Shown here in pieces: positions 44,237-53,952 of a stretch of DNA of 64,000 nt. A program made the position numbers and the translations under genes. Location: assembly GCA_021789555.1 (NCBI GenBank), contig JAJYJK010000003.1, forward strand, positions 756 to 64,755. Direction: 5' to 3'. The notes beneath the pieces are model-generated. The model saw nothing but the letters and a program-made list of their open reading frames with translations. It ran no database searches and was not told the DNA's origin. Source of the stretch: Nitrospirota bacterium (GTDB lineage Bacteria > Nitrospirota > Thermodesulfovibrionia > Thermodesulfovibrionales > JdFR-88). Positions within the stretch are counted from its first letter, which is position 1; each line of letters opens with the position of its first letter.

Positions 44237-45325
44237 ATGAACAGGGATGTTTTCGAGGATTTGTTCGTTTTAGAGATGACGAACAATCATAAAGGGGACC
44301 TGGACCGCGGACTTGAAATAATACATCATTTTTCGAGGGTGGTCAGGTTCAACAATGTAAGGGCGGCCATAAAGCTCCAGTTCAGGGACATCGATTCTTT
44401 TATACATAAGGATTTCAGGGACCGCAACGACATATATTATGTGAGGCGCGTCCTGGAGACCCGTTTGAGGCTGGAAGACTATGCCGCGCTGGTTGAGTCG
44501 ATCAGGAAATCCAACTGCATCCCGGCGGCGACGCCGTTTGACGAGAAGGCCGTCGATATGATCGAATATTTCGATTTGCCCTTTATAAAAATCGCGAGTT
44601 CGGGCTGCAACGACTGGATGCTCATTGAGCGCGTAGCGAAGACAAGGAAGCCCGTGATAGTATCGGTGGGCGGCATGTCGCTGAAGGACATGGATGACAT
44701 GGTGATTTTTTTTGAAAACAGGAATATTCCCGTGGCCATACTGCATTGCATAGCCGCCTATCCCACGGAAGACAGCGAGCTTCAACTGAACCAGATCGAT
44801 TTCCTCCGTAAGAGATATCCAAACCATACTATCGGCCTTTCCTCTCACGAGTATCACGACTGGAGTTCGTCGATGCTTATGGCCTACGCCAAAGGCGCGA
44901 GGGTCTTTGAAAGGCACATCGACATAAATACAGACGGTACGAAGGTTTCGTCCTATTCCTCCCTTCCCGATCAAATAGATACCTGGTTCAAGGCATGGCA
45001 CCATGCGAAATTGCTCGGCGGGGCATCGGGTGAGACAAGGCTGCTTGCATACGACAAGGAGATTGAATACTTGCATTCATATATTCGCGGCGTGTATGCA
45101 AAGAGAGATTTGAAGGAAGGCGAAATGCTTTCGGAAGATGATATTTATCTGGCCATCCCCTTGCAAAAAGGGCAGATGTCGTGCCGGGAGCTTCTGCTCG
45201 GCAAATGGGGGCACAAGGTATTGAAGCCGATAGCGGCTGATCAGCCCCTGACGATAGATTCCGTGGATACGCCATATGCGAATAACGAAGCAATGAAAAG
45301 CATAATCTATGAAAGAGGGATCTGA
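44237..45325 (+). CDS. N-acetylneuraminate synthase family (NeuB/PseI/LegI/SpsE-like PEP-condensing enzyme)
   Basis: 362 aa. It has a TIM-barrel NeuB-type N-terminus (LEMTNNHKGDLDRGLEII..., IKIASSGCNDWMLIERV) and a C-terminal SAF-like domain. Confidence 0.85.
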   Translation: MNRDVFEDLFVLEMTNNHKGDLDRGLEIIHHFSRVVRFNNVRAAIKLQFRDIDSFIHKDFRDRNDIYYVRRVLETRLRLEDYAALVESIRKSNCIPAATPFDEKAVDMIEYFDLPFIKIASSGCNDWMLIERVAKTRKPVIVSVGGMSLKDMDDMVIFFENRNIPVAILHCIAAYPTEDSELQLNQIDFLRKRYPNHTIGLSSHEYHDWSSSMLMAYAKGARVFERHIDINTDGTKVSSYSSLPDQIDTWFKAWHHAKLLGGASGETRLLAYDKEIEYLHSYIRGVYAKRDLKEGEMLSEDDIYLAIPLQKGQMSCRELLLGKWGHKVLKPIAADQPLTIDSVDTPYANNEAMKSIIYERGI

Positions 45326-46302
45326 TGCGCGCTGCCGTTAAAGGCGGAAAACTGATATCGATAGTGACTTCCGCTTATAACGAGGAGGGCAACGTAGAGG
45401 AATTCGCCAGACAGCTCCAGGAAGTCTTCAGTGAAAATCCCGGATATGAGTTCGAGGTGATAGCGGTCGACAACGGCTCCGCGGACGGGACATTCGAAAA
45501 GCTCTTGAAAGTCCGGGAAAAAGACCCCAGGTTCAAGATCGTGCAGCTTGCCCGGAATTTCCGGATGGACGGGGGGATTACCGCCGGGCTGCAATATGCC
45601 AGGGGAGACGCCGCGGTGATCATGACCGCCAACCTTCAGGACAAGCCTGCGTTGATCACCGTGATGATTGGGAAATGGGAGGAAGGCTATGAAAACGTCT
45701 ATGGCATCGTGGAGAAGAGGAGCGGGAAAGGGTTTTTCAGGCGAATAAGCTCCGAACTTTTTTACCTGATCATCAACAAGTTGACCCATGACCAGATACC
45801 CAGAAACGCCAGCGATTTCAGGCTGGTCGACAGGAAGGTATACGAGACCATCAACAAGATGGGCGAGCGCAATCGTTTTCTGAGGGGGATGTTCGCCTGG
45901 GTGGGGTTCAAATCAGTCGGGATAAAGTTCGAACGCCAACGGAGGTTTTCCGGGAAATCGCATGCCGATTTCCTGAAAGTGCTGAACCTTGCGATAAAGG
46001 GCATATTCGCCTTTTCATATATCCCCATTCAGTTCATTGCGGCTTCGGGATTTGTGATTTCGGCGCTCTCCTTGTTGTACCTGATCATCAGCGCGGTGAA
46101 ATTTTTAATCGTGGGCGTCCCCTTCCCCGGATACGGGACCATTACATCGCTCATAGTCCTTTTATTCGGCCTCATGTTTTTCTTTTTGGGCGTGCTCGGA
46201 CAATATATAGCCCAGATATATGAGGAGGTCAAGACAAGGCCGAATTTCATCGTGTGCAGGGACATAGGTTTTGACCCCGGAGATAATGATAAGAAAATTT
46301 AA
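45325..46302 (+). CDS. GT2 polyprenyl-phosphate glycosyltransferase (GtrB/ArnC/CsbB-like)
   Basis: GT-A N-terminus SIVTSAYNEEGNVEEF...VIAVDNGSADGT and two C-terminal TM helices, which is the GtrB-type architecture. Confidence 0.85.
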   Translation: MRAAVKGGKLISIVTSAYNEEGNVEEFARQLQEVFSENPGYEFEVIAVDNGSADGTFEKLLKVREKDPRFKIVQLARNFRMDGGITAGLQYARGDAAVIMTANLQDKPALITVMIGKWEEGYENVYGIVEKRSGKGFFRRISSELFYLIINKLTHDQIPRNASDFRLVDRKVYETINKMGERNRFLRGMFAWVGFKSVGIKFERQRRFSGKSHADFLKVLNLAIKGIFAFSYIPIQFIAASGFVISALSLLYLIISAVKFLIVGVPFPGYGTITSLIVLLFGLMFFFLGVLGQYIAQIYEEVKTRPNFIVCRDIGFDPGDNDKKI

Positions 46303-46711
46303 ACCCCATTCCGAAAAAATCCGGTATACAGTTGTCGGGGCATGGAACACCGTATTCGGGCTTTCGGTCTTTGCCTTGCTTTATTGGTTGTTCTCCAAAG
46401 CGGTGAACTATCTGCTCATCCTCCTCGTCAGCAATGTCATAACCATAACCAACGCTTATGTATGCTACAAATTTCTGGTCTTCAGGACAAAGGGGAACTA
46501 TCTGCGGGAATACCTGCGCTTTTATCTTATTTACGGCGCGTCTTTCCTGGTCAATATAGCCCTGATGTTCATCCTGGTAAGTTATTTGAAGATGAACGTG
46601 GTTGCATCGCAGGGGATCATATTGTGCTTCATCTTCGCCTGCAGTTACTTCGGGCATAAATATTTCTCGTTCAAAACCGGGATGCCCCGGTCCCGTGAAT
46701 TGGAGGGCTGA
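46286..46711 (+). CDS. GtrA-family small membrane protein
   Basis: KIRYTVVGAWNTVFGLSVFALLYWLF ... YKFLVFR with four TM helices is the GtrA pattern. ATG 46286 is preferred over TTG 46271. Confidence 0.8.
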   Translation: MIRKFKPHSEKIRYTVVGAWNTVFGLSVFALLYWLFSKAVNYLLILLVSNVITITNAYVCYKFLVFRTKGNYLREYLRFYLIYGASFLVNIALMFILVSYLKMNVVASQGIILCFIFACSYFGHKYFSFKTGMPRSRELEG

Positions 46712-47601
46712 TGATGAATGTCCTGTTGACCGGGGGGAGCGGCTTTATAGGCAGGAACATCCTCGAATCCTTCCTGGCGGAAAAATATCGCATTATCGCC
46801 CCGCGGCACGCCGAACTTGAGTTGACCGACGATGACATGGTCAGGGATTTTTTTAAAAGGCAGAAGATCGATGTTGTTGTCCACTCGGCTGTCAAGCCCG
46901 GACACCGCAATGCAAAGGACCCCACTAATTTATTTTATACCGACAGCAGGATGTTTTTTAACATTGTTCGCAATGCCGGATTTTACGATAAACTGATTGT
47001 TTTAAGTTCCGGGTCCGTTTACGATATGGCCAGGCAGGACCTTAATAAAGTGAGCGAAGATTATTTCGATACCGTAATGCCGCTTGACGAACATGGTTTT
47101 TTCAGGTATGTGTCGGCAAGGTTCATGGAATGTATGGATAAGGCGGTCGAACTCAGGATATTCAGCATATTCGGCAAATACGAGGACTATGCCATAAGGT
47201 TCATCTCAAACGCCGTCTGCAAGGCCATCCATGGTTTGCCGATAACCATAAAGCAGGACCGGATGTTCGATTTCTTTTATATAGACGACCTGATGCCCAT
47301 ACTCGAGCATTTTATAGAGTGCAGGCATTATAACCATCACGCCTACAACGTGACACCCGACAAAGCCGTCACATTATACGATGTGGCCGGGAAGATAAAG
47401 GAAATTTCGGGTAAGGACCTGCCCATAATTGTCGGGAAACCCGGGATGGCTTTTGACTACAGCGGCAGCAACCAACGATTAAGGCAAGAAATACCCGGCC
47501 TTAAACTTCACGATATCGACGAGGCCATAACGGAACTCTACCGGTGGTATTCCGAAAATATACATCTAATCAAACGCGATTTGCTGCTCATTGACAAATG
47601 A
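46711..47601 (+). CDS. NAD-dependent epimerase/dehydratase (extended SDR)
   Basis: MMNVLLTGGSGFIGRNI is a Rossmann N-terminus. 296 aa. Its ATG overlaps the upstream TGA. Confidence 0.85.
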   Translation: MMNVLLTGGSGFIGRNILESFLAEKYRIIAPRHAELELTDDDMVRDFFKRQKIDVVVHSAVKPGHRNAKDPTNLFYTDSRMFFNIVRNAGFYDKLIVLSSGSVYDMARQDLNKVSEDYFDTVMPLDEHGFFRYVSARFMECMDKAVELRIFSIFGKYEDYAIRFISNAVCKAIHGLPITIKQDRMFDFFYIDDLMPILEHFIECRHYNHHAYNVTPDKAVTLYDVAGKIKEISGKDLPIIVGKPGMAFDYSGSNQRLRQEIPGLKLHDIDEAITELYRWYSENIHLIKRDLLLIDK

Positions 47602-47617
47602 ATAAAGGGGAAAACGC

Positions 47618-49432
47618 ATGAGAGTGACCGATTTCATAATGAAACGCCTTGTCGAGCACGGTGTCAGGCATGTTTTCATGATCCCCGGCGGGGGGGCCAT
47701 GCACCTGGATGATTCCATCGGTTTGTGCACGGATCTTTCTTTTACCTGCAATCATCACGAGCAGGCCTGCGCTATCGGCGCCGAAGGATATTCGAGGGCG
47801 TCGGGACGATTGGGTGTCGTTATCGTGACATCGGGCCCGGGGGGGACTAATACGCTGACAGGGGTGACGGGGCAATGGACGGACTCCGTGCCGGTCTTAT
47901 ATATATCCGGACAAATTAAATATGAAACTTCGATTGAATCCTGCAAGGCTTTAGGGCTGCGTCAGCTGGGCGACCAGGAGATCAATATTGTGGATATAGT
48001 AAGGCCCATTACGAAATATGCCGCCTTCGTGAAGAATCCAAACGAAATAAAAAGGCATCTGGACAAGGCAATATATATTGCCACTCATGGCAGGCCGGGG
48101 CCTGTCTGGCTTGACATCCCGCTGAATGTCCAAGGCGCAGAGATTGAGGAAAGTTCTCTGGAAGAATATGACGAAAAAGAAGACGAGGCCGCCCATCATG
48201 GAGGACATCTCGCCTTAAAGGTAAAACAGGCAATAGAACTGTTGAAAAAAAGCGAGCGGCCCGTTTTTGTGGCCGGTGGCGGACTTCGCATCTCGGGCGC
48301 ACAGGGCTTGTTTCTCGATGTTGTCGGGAAGCTGGGGATGCCGGTGCTTTCGACCTTTAACGGGTTCGATCTTATCCCGACCGACCACCCGCTGTATATC
48401 GGCAGGATCGGGACTATCGGGGGCCGGGCCGGGAATTTTGCGCTCCAGAACTCTGACCTGTACCTGTCAGTCGGCTCCAGAAATAACATTCGGCAGATAA
48501 GCTATAACTGGAGTTCCTATGCAAGAGGCGCAAAAAAAATAATCGTTGACATCGATGCCGCCGAGCTGAAAAAACCCACGCTTAAACCTGATATTGCAAT
48601 ATGCGCCGACGCGAAGGCTTTTCTTGAGGAGCTTAAAAAACAGCTTGACGGTTTAGAGCTGCCGCGCCTGCGAAGTTGGCATGAGTGGTGTATTGAGAGA
48701 AGGCGGAAATACCCGGCGGGCAGGCCTGAAAACAGGAAAGATAAAGAGGGAGTGGACTTGTATCATTTCTGCAATACCCTCACTGAATTGCTCGATGAGA
48801 ACGAGATAGTGGTCGCCGGCAATGGAAGCGCCTGCGTCGGGTTGTTCCAGGCCGGGGTCGTCAAAAGGGGCCAGAGGATTTTCTGGAATTCAGGCTGCGC
48901 CACTATGGGTTATGATCTGCCGGCGGCGATAGGGGCCAGCATCGCCAACGGAAAAAAAAAGGTGATATGCCTCGCGGGCGATGGCAGCATGCAGATGAAT
49001 ATCCAGGAGCTTCAGACCATTGTCTATCACAAGCTGCCCGTCAAGATATTTTATCTCAACAATAATGGCTATGTTTCCATGCGGCAGACGCAGAACTCCT
49101 TTTTCGGGGGGAGGATCGTGGCCAGCGATGAAAAGAGCGGCGTAAGTTTTCCGGATATTATAAAAGTCGGCCTGGCGTATGGGTTGCATACGGAGGCGAT
49201 TGCCGGCGCGGACAATATGGCCGGAACCATTAAAAAGGTCCTCGACATTGCCGGGCCGGTTTTATGCGAGGTCAAGCTTGTCACCGATTATATTTTCAGT
49301 CCAAAACTTTCTTCCGAGCGCAAGCCCGACGGCAGGATAGTCTCCAAGCCCATGGAGGACATGTATCCTTTCCTGGACCGGGCGGAGTTTGCAGGAAATA
49401 TGATAATCCCCATCCTTGATGAGAACAAATAG
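47618..49432 (+). CDS. thiamine-diphosphate-dependent enzyme, acetolactate synthase large-subunit-like (YerE-like candidate)
   Basis: 604 aa with three-domain ThDP architecture: N-terminal FMIPGGGAMHLDDS, a central domain, and the C-terminal ThDP motif GDGSMQMNIQELQT...NNNGY. Confidence 0.9.
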   Translation: MRVTDFIMKRLVEHGVRHVFMIPGGGAMHLDDSIGLCTDLSFTCNHHEQACAIGAEGYSRASGRLGVVIVTSGPGGTNTLTGVTGQWTDSVPVLYISGQIKYETSIESCKALGLRQLGDQEINIVDIVRPITKYAAFVKNPNEIKRHLDKAIYIATHGRPGPVWLDIPLNVQGAEIEESSLEEYDEKEDEAAHHGGHLALKVKQAIELLKKSERPVFVAGGGLRISGAQGLFLDVVGKLGMPVLSTFNGFDLIPTDHPLYIGRIGTIGGRAGNFALQNSDLYLSVGSRNNIRQISYNWSSYARGAKKIIVDIDAAELKKPTLKPDIAICADAKAFLEELKKQLDGLELPRLRSWHEWCIERRRKYPAGRPENRKDKEGVDLYHFCNTLTELLDENEIVVAGNGSACVGLFQAGVVKRGQRIFWNSGCATMGYDLPAAIGASIANGKKKVICLAGDGSMQMNIQELQTIVYHKLPVKIFYLNNNGYVSMRQTQNSFFGGRIVASDEKSGVSFPDIIKVGLAYGLHTEAIAGADNMAGTIKKVLDIAGPVLCEVKLVTDYIFSPKLSSERKPDGRIVSKPMEDMYPFLDRAEFAGNMIIPILDENK

Positions 49433-49447
49433 CGGGCGGAACGACTG

Positions 49448-50155
49448 ATGCCGGTATTTGATAAATTTGCAAGGAATTATGATGAGGGACACAAGAAGGC
49501 GGTAAGGCTTTCCGGCTTTGAGCCTGCGTACTTCCATGAATACAAGCTGAGAGAAGTATCCGATTGCCTGACATCAAAGGGCATGGCGGACAAGGAGATC
49601 AGATTTTTAAATTACGGCTGCGGCACCGGGAACAGCGAAAAATACATTAAAAAATACCTGCCCGGGGCCTCGATATTTTCCGTGGACGTGTCTGAAGAAT
49701 CCATTAAAGTGGCGAGGGAGTCGAACAAAGGCCTTGTGGACGTCACCTTTGAACCTCTCAACGGACCGGCTATCCCGTTTGACGGTGAATTCGACGTCAT
49801 ATTCATTGCAAATGTTTTCCATCATATTAGACATGAAAAGCATATCGGGATACTGAAGGACCTTTACAATAAGTTAAGGGAAAAAGGTTTGTTGTTCATT
49901 TTCGAACTCAACCCCCTAAACCCCTTGACAATGCTTGTCGCCATTCGCAACGACTACAGGTTTGACAAGGACGCAAAACTCCTAAACCCTTTTTATGCAA
50001 GGAAGATACTGGGTAATGCCGGTTTTGCCGAAAAAAAGATAAGATACACGGTATTTTTTCCGCAATTTCTGTCGTTTCTTACGCCGTTTGAAAAATATCT
50101 TTGCAGGCTCCCGCTCGGCGCGCATTATTTTTTCACGGCCAGAAAAGATAAATAA
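49448..50155 (+). CDS. class I SAM-dependent methyltransferase
   Basis: Motif I is LNYGCGTGNS. 235 aa. Confidence 0.85.
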   Translation: MPVFDKFARNYDEGHKKAVRLSGFEPAYFHEYKLREVSDCLTSKGMADKEIRFLNYGCGTGNSEKYIKKYLPGASIFSVDVSEESIKVARESNKGLVDVTFEPLNGPAIPFDGEFDVIFIANVFHHIRHEKHIGILKDLYNKLREKGLLFIFELNPLNPLTMLVAIRNDYRFDKDAKLLNPFYARKILGNAGFAEKKIRYTVFFPQFLSFLTPFEKYLCRLPLGAHYFFTARKDK

Positions 50156-50170
50156 TTTAACTGATAAAAA

Positions 50171-52012
50171 ATGGATGATTTTTTTAAAGGAAGACTGAAG
50201 CGGGTTTTACTGATATTTGTCCTGACAACTTCTTTTTTCGCATTCATGCATTTCTCTCATGTGATGCAAACAGAAATTCAAGGGTCGCAGCTGCCCGGTA
50301 ATACAGGCAAGATATCTGGAAATGTGAGAATTGCAGAGGAGGGCAAGGATAAGGGCGGGGCTCTTACCTATGGGCCATATGTGGAACTTGCGCCGGGTGA
50401 ATACAAAGTAAAACTGAAATATAGCGCCACATCCGGTGAAAGCGGTTTGTGGGACATGATATTTCAGGGCGCGAATTCTGTCTTAAAAAGCGGGAAATTA
50501 CCGGCAAGCGGCAAAGGGGTGCTTTCAGAAACAATAAAAATCTCCGGGGAAGACGCCGGCAAGCCATTGGAGATACGCGCCTGGTATACGGGGAAAGGGT
50601 CCCTGGAAGTCGGAAAAATCGAGATCAAGAAGCACTGGGATCATCCGGTCCTGTTGAGTCTGGCGGAGGGGGTGGGTTCTGGCGCATTTATCATTTTGCT
50701 GCTGTATTTGATCTCATTTGCCGGAATCGACAGGAAGATGGCCCTTCATATATCGAAAATTGGTGAAATTTCGCTTTCAAACATGAAAAGCGAGCGCATA
50801 ATAAAATATGTTACAACGCTGGTGATGGCTGGTTTTATCGCATCGGTCATATTTCATTATATTCGGGCCATGTTTTATAATGACGGCGTCCCCTTCAATA
50901 CATTTCTTCCGCCGGCCCCGGATCGTTTTTGCGATTTTTATGGATTGCTTGACGCATGGACCCGGCTGAAATTCAACGGAGTTGCCTATGGTCTGAGTTA
51001 TCTCCCGAGCACCTACCTCATTGTTGACCTTTTTTCAAAAATTGGGAATCCGTACATTGCCAGGATCCCCTATTTGTTTATTTTTGGCGTTTTTTTTATG
51101 GTTTATGCCTATTCGAACCTGCGGGCAGAGAGCACTGCACTCACAGTTCAGGGCGTTGTTATTTTTTCCTTTATGACTTATCCGGTTCTCTTTACACTTC
51201 ATACGGGGAATATAGAGGCTTATGTGTTCATATTCCTGTGCCTGTTCATTTACTTTTATCAGCGGGGGAAGACTGTGCTGAGCGCTCTTTTTTTGGCCAT
51301 GCCCATCTCCATGAAACTGTTCCCGGCCGTTTTTTTGATACTGTTACTGGCTGATAAAAAATATAAAGAAATTCTATATGTTTTTTTATTTATACTCATA
51401 TTAACATTGCTCCCGCTGCTTATTTTTGACGGAGGTTTAAGGAGCGGCTTCAGCCATTATCTTGGCAATCTGATTGCTAGTCAAAAAATGTATGCACAAC
51501 TCATGATCATTAAGGGGGCCGGGAACCACTATGGCCACAGTCTTCTGAATGCGCTTAGGATTTTATTTGGGCCGTCGTTTCCACCGGTGCAGACCGTGAT
51601 GCTTCCTTATTTTGTTTTCACCATGGTTTTTTTTGCGGCCGTTTCAGCCTTCATTATATTTTATGAGACCGCTTTTTGGAAGAAGGTGGCCCTTCTGGTA
51701 ATGTGCATGGACCTTCTGCCCTATACTTCCACCGATTATAAGCTGATGCACCTGTTCATCCCCTTGTTTTTATTTATCAACAAGCAGGAAGAAGAAAGAT
51801 GGGATTTTATCTATATAATCGTGTTTTCACTATTGCTGATTCCAAAAGACTATTTTTATTTCTACACTGACCCATATAATACGCTGAACAGTGTCATGAA
51901 TTCTGCGCTCATGCTGCTTATGCTTCTATGGATCATCGGGTCCGGCATAAGTCAGGGACGTCGGTTGAAGAGAATGGCGTATGACCGGCTGGAGGGGGGG
52001 CATGGACTTTAA
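50171..52012 (+). CDS. polytopic membrane protein with N-terminal extracytoplasmic beta-rich module; GT-C-like glycosyltransferase candidate
   Basis: 613 aa. A basic N-terminus and TM1 are followed by a ~130-aa soluble module and then more than 10 hydrophobic helices. The module is paralogous to the N-terminus of the 53953 gene. The function is inferred from architecture and context only. Confidence 0.7.
   Translation: MDDFFKGRLKRVLLIFVLTTSFFAFMHFSHVMQTEIQGSQLPGNTGKISGNVRIAEEGKDKGGALTYGPYVELAPGEYKVKLKYSATSGESGLWDMIFQGANSVLKSGKLPASGKGVLSETIKISGEDAGKPLEIRAWYTGKGSLEVGKIEIKKHWDHPVLLSLAEGVGSGAFIILLLYLISFAGIDRKMALHISKIGEISLSNMKSERIIKYVTTLVMAGFIASVIFHYIRAMFYNDGVPFNTFLPPAPDRFCDFYGLLDAWTRLKFNGVAYGLSYLPSTYLIVDLFSKIGNPYIARIPYLFIFGVFFMVYAYSNLRAESTALTVQGVVIFSFMTYPVLFTLHTGNIEAYVFIFLCLFIYFYQRGKTVLSALFLAMPISMKLFPAVFLILLLADKKYKEILYVFLFILILTLLPLLIFDGGLRSGFSHYLGNLIASQKMYAQLMIIKGAGNHYGHSLLNALRILFGPSFPPVQTVMLPYFVFTMVFFAAVSAFIIFYETAFWKKVALLVMCMDLLPYTSTDYKLMHLFIPLFLFINKQEEERWDFIYIIVFSLLLIPKDYFYFYTDPYNTLNSVMNSALMLLMLLWIIGSGISQGRRLKRMAYDRLEGGHGL
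50195..50716 (+). repeat. dispersed repeat copy A (paralogous N-terminal module)
   Basis: Encodes LKRVLLIF...TEIQGSQLPGNTG...GGALTYGPYV...GEYKV...GLWDM...VLKSGKLP...GVLSET.KIS...GKPLEIR.WYTGKG.LEV. By eye, roughly three quarters of residues are identical to copy B. Confidence 0.85.
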
Positions 52013-53144
52013 CGGTCTCAAATACCTGGTAGTGGGTTCCGGTTTCTTTGGCTCCGTCATTGCCGAAAGGATCGCCAGGGACAAAAATGAGAAGGTCTTG
52101 GTCATCGACAAGAGGCCGCACATCGGGGGGAACAGTCATTCCGAAATTGATAATGAAACAGGTATAGAATGCCACACATATGGCTCCCACATATTTCATG
52201 CCTCTAATGAAAAGGTGTGGAGGTATATCAACCGTTTTTGCACATTTAACAGCTATCGTCACAAGGTTTTAACCAGATATAAAAATAAAATCTATCAGAT
52301 GCCCATAAACCTTCATACGATCAACGCCTTCTATGAGAAAAACCTGGGCCCCGGCGAAGCGGAAAATTTTATGAAGTCGGAAATCGCAAGAGAAGGAATC
52401 CAGAATCCGGTCAACCTTGAGGAAAAGGCAATATCTCTCATTGGCAGGCCATTATATGAAGCTCTCATCAAGGGTTATACCACTAAACAATGGGACACCG
52501 ATCCGAAGAAATTGCCTGCCAATATCATCACCCGGCTTCCCGTAAGGTACAATTACAAATCTGATTATTTCGATGATCCCTGGCAGGGAATACCTTCTGA
52601 GGGATACCATGCCATCTTTAAAAAAATGCTCGCCGATCCCAATATTGAAGTGCATCTCGGCACCGATTTTTTCGATGTACGACGTTTGATCCCGGGGACC
52701 TGCAAAATTATATATACCGGGCCAATTGATCGTTTTTTTGACTTCAAATTCGGTAAATTGGGATGGCGGACTTTAACTTTTGAAAAATCAACATATCATT
52801 TGGGTGATTACCAGGGGACCGCGGTAATGAATTATGCGGAAGTTTCCGCCCCCTATACTCGTATCCATGAATTCAGGCATTATCACGAAGAAAGAAAATA
52901 TCCTGATGACAAGACCATAATTTTTCGTGAGTACTCGAAGGGATCAGGCAAAGACGATGAACCGTATTACCCAATTAATACAGGCGAAGATAAAATGATT
53001 CTTGAAAGATATCAAAATGAGTGTGAGAAAAACAAGAATGTCATTTTCGGCGGAAGGCTCGGAATGTATAAATATCTGGATATGGATCAGACTATTGCAC
53101 AGGCTCTTGAAACCTATGAGAAACGAATAAAAGAGAATGCGTGA
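52002..53144 (+). CDS. glf: UDP-galactopyranose mutase
   Basis: Starts at ATG 52002 (MDFNGLKYLVVGSGFFGSVIAERIA...IGGNSHSE...YGSHIFH). This is Glf-typical along its whole length. It overlaps the upstream gene by 11 nt. Confidence 0.93.
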   Translation: MDFNGLKYLVVGSGFFGSVIAERIARDKNEKVLVIDKRPHIGGNSHSEIDNETGIECHTYGSHIFHASNEKVWRYINRFCTFNSYRHKVLTRYKNKIYQMPINLHTINAFYEKNLGPGEAENFMKSEIAREGIQNPVNLEEKAISLIGRPLYEALIKGYTTKQWDTDPKKLPANIITRLPVRYNYKSDYFDDPWQGIPSEGYHAIFKKMLADPNIEVHLGTDFFDVRRLIPGTCKIIYTGPIDRFFDFKFGKLGWRTLTFEKSTYHLGDYQGTAVMNYAEVSAPYTRIHEFRHYHEERKYPDDKTIIFREYSKGSGKDDEPYYPINTGEDKMILERYQNECEKNKNVIFGGRLGMYKYLDMDQTIAQALETYEKRIKENA

Positions 53145-53204
53145 CAGCTATTTTCTGCTTCTTGAATAACATGGGCGTCATTTTTGTGTGGATATTTATA
53201 TAAA

Positions 53205-53933
53205 ATGGACCAAAATAGCGTGCAGAGGCGCACACTGGCTTTAGTCATGCCGGTATATAACGAGGAAGAGTGTATCATAGATGTTGTCAAGGCATGGCGC
53301 GATGAGTTTGACAGACTGGGTATCGATTTCACAATGATCCTCCTGAATGACGGGTCGAAAGATCGCACTAAAGATAAGCTTGCAACGTTTGCAGGCGAAG
53401 GGCGGATTACAATCATTAATAAGGAAAATAGCGGGCATGGCCCGACAATACTTCAAGGTTATCACAAAGCCGTAGATTTGGCCGACTGGGTCTTCCAAAC
53501 GGATAGCGATAACGAAATGAAACCTGACTATTTCCATGAGCTGTGGAATAGGCGATGTGATTACGCCGCACTTTTTGGGGTTCGGACGAACAGGAAACAG
53601 AATATCGGCCGCCGGATCATCAGTTCAGCCTCACGGGCAACTGTCAGGATTTTTTTTGGCTCCGGCGTTGCTGATGTCAATACTCCCTACCGGCTGATGA
53701 GATCGGCAGCGCTTAAACAGATCGTCGCGCAAATACCATCTGACACCTTTGCCCCTAATGTTCTCATTTCCGGCATGTTTGCCGCATCCAAGGCAAATAT
53801 CTACAACTGTCAAGTCCCGCATGAAGACCGGAAGACCGGCTCGGTTTCAATAGTGAAGTGGAGACTGTGGAAGTCCGCTTTCAGGTCCTTCTGGCAAACA
53901 ATAAGGGTTTTTCGAAAATTCAAAAAACCATAA
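53205..53933 (+). CDS. GT2 family glycosyltransferase
   Basis: LALVMPVYNEEECIIDVV...ILLNDGSKDRT is a GT-A N-terminus. ATG 53205 is preferred over TTG 53184. Confidence 0.85.
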   Translation: MDQNSVQRRTLALVMPVYNEEECIIDVVKAWRDEFDRLGIDFTMILLNDGSKDRTKDKLATFAGEGRITIINKENSGHGPTILQGYHKAVDLADWVFQTDSDNEMKPDYFHELWNRRCDYAALFGVRTNRKQNIGRRIISSASRATVRIFFGSGVADVNTPYRLMRSAALKQIVAQIPSDTFAPNVLISGMFAASKANIYNCQVPHEDRKTGSVSIVKWRLWKSAFRSFWQTIRVFRKFKKP

Positions 53934-53952
53934 AAAATGGATATGGCTTTAG

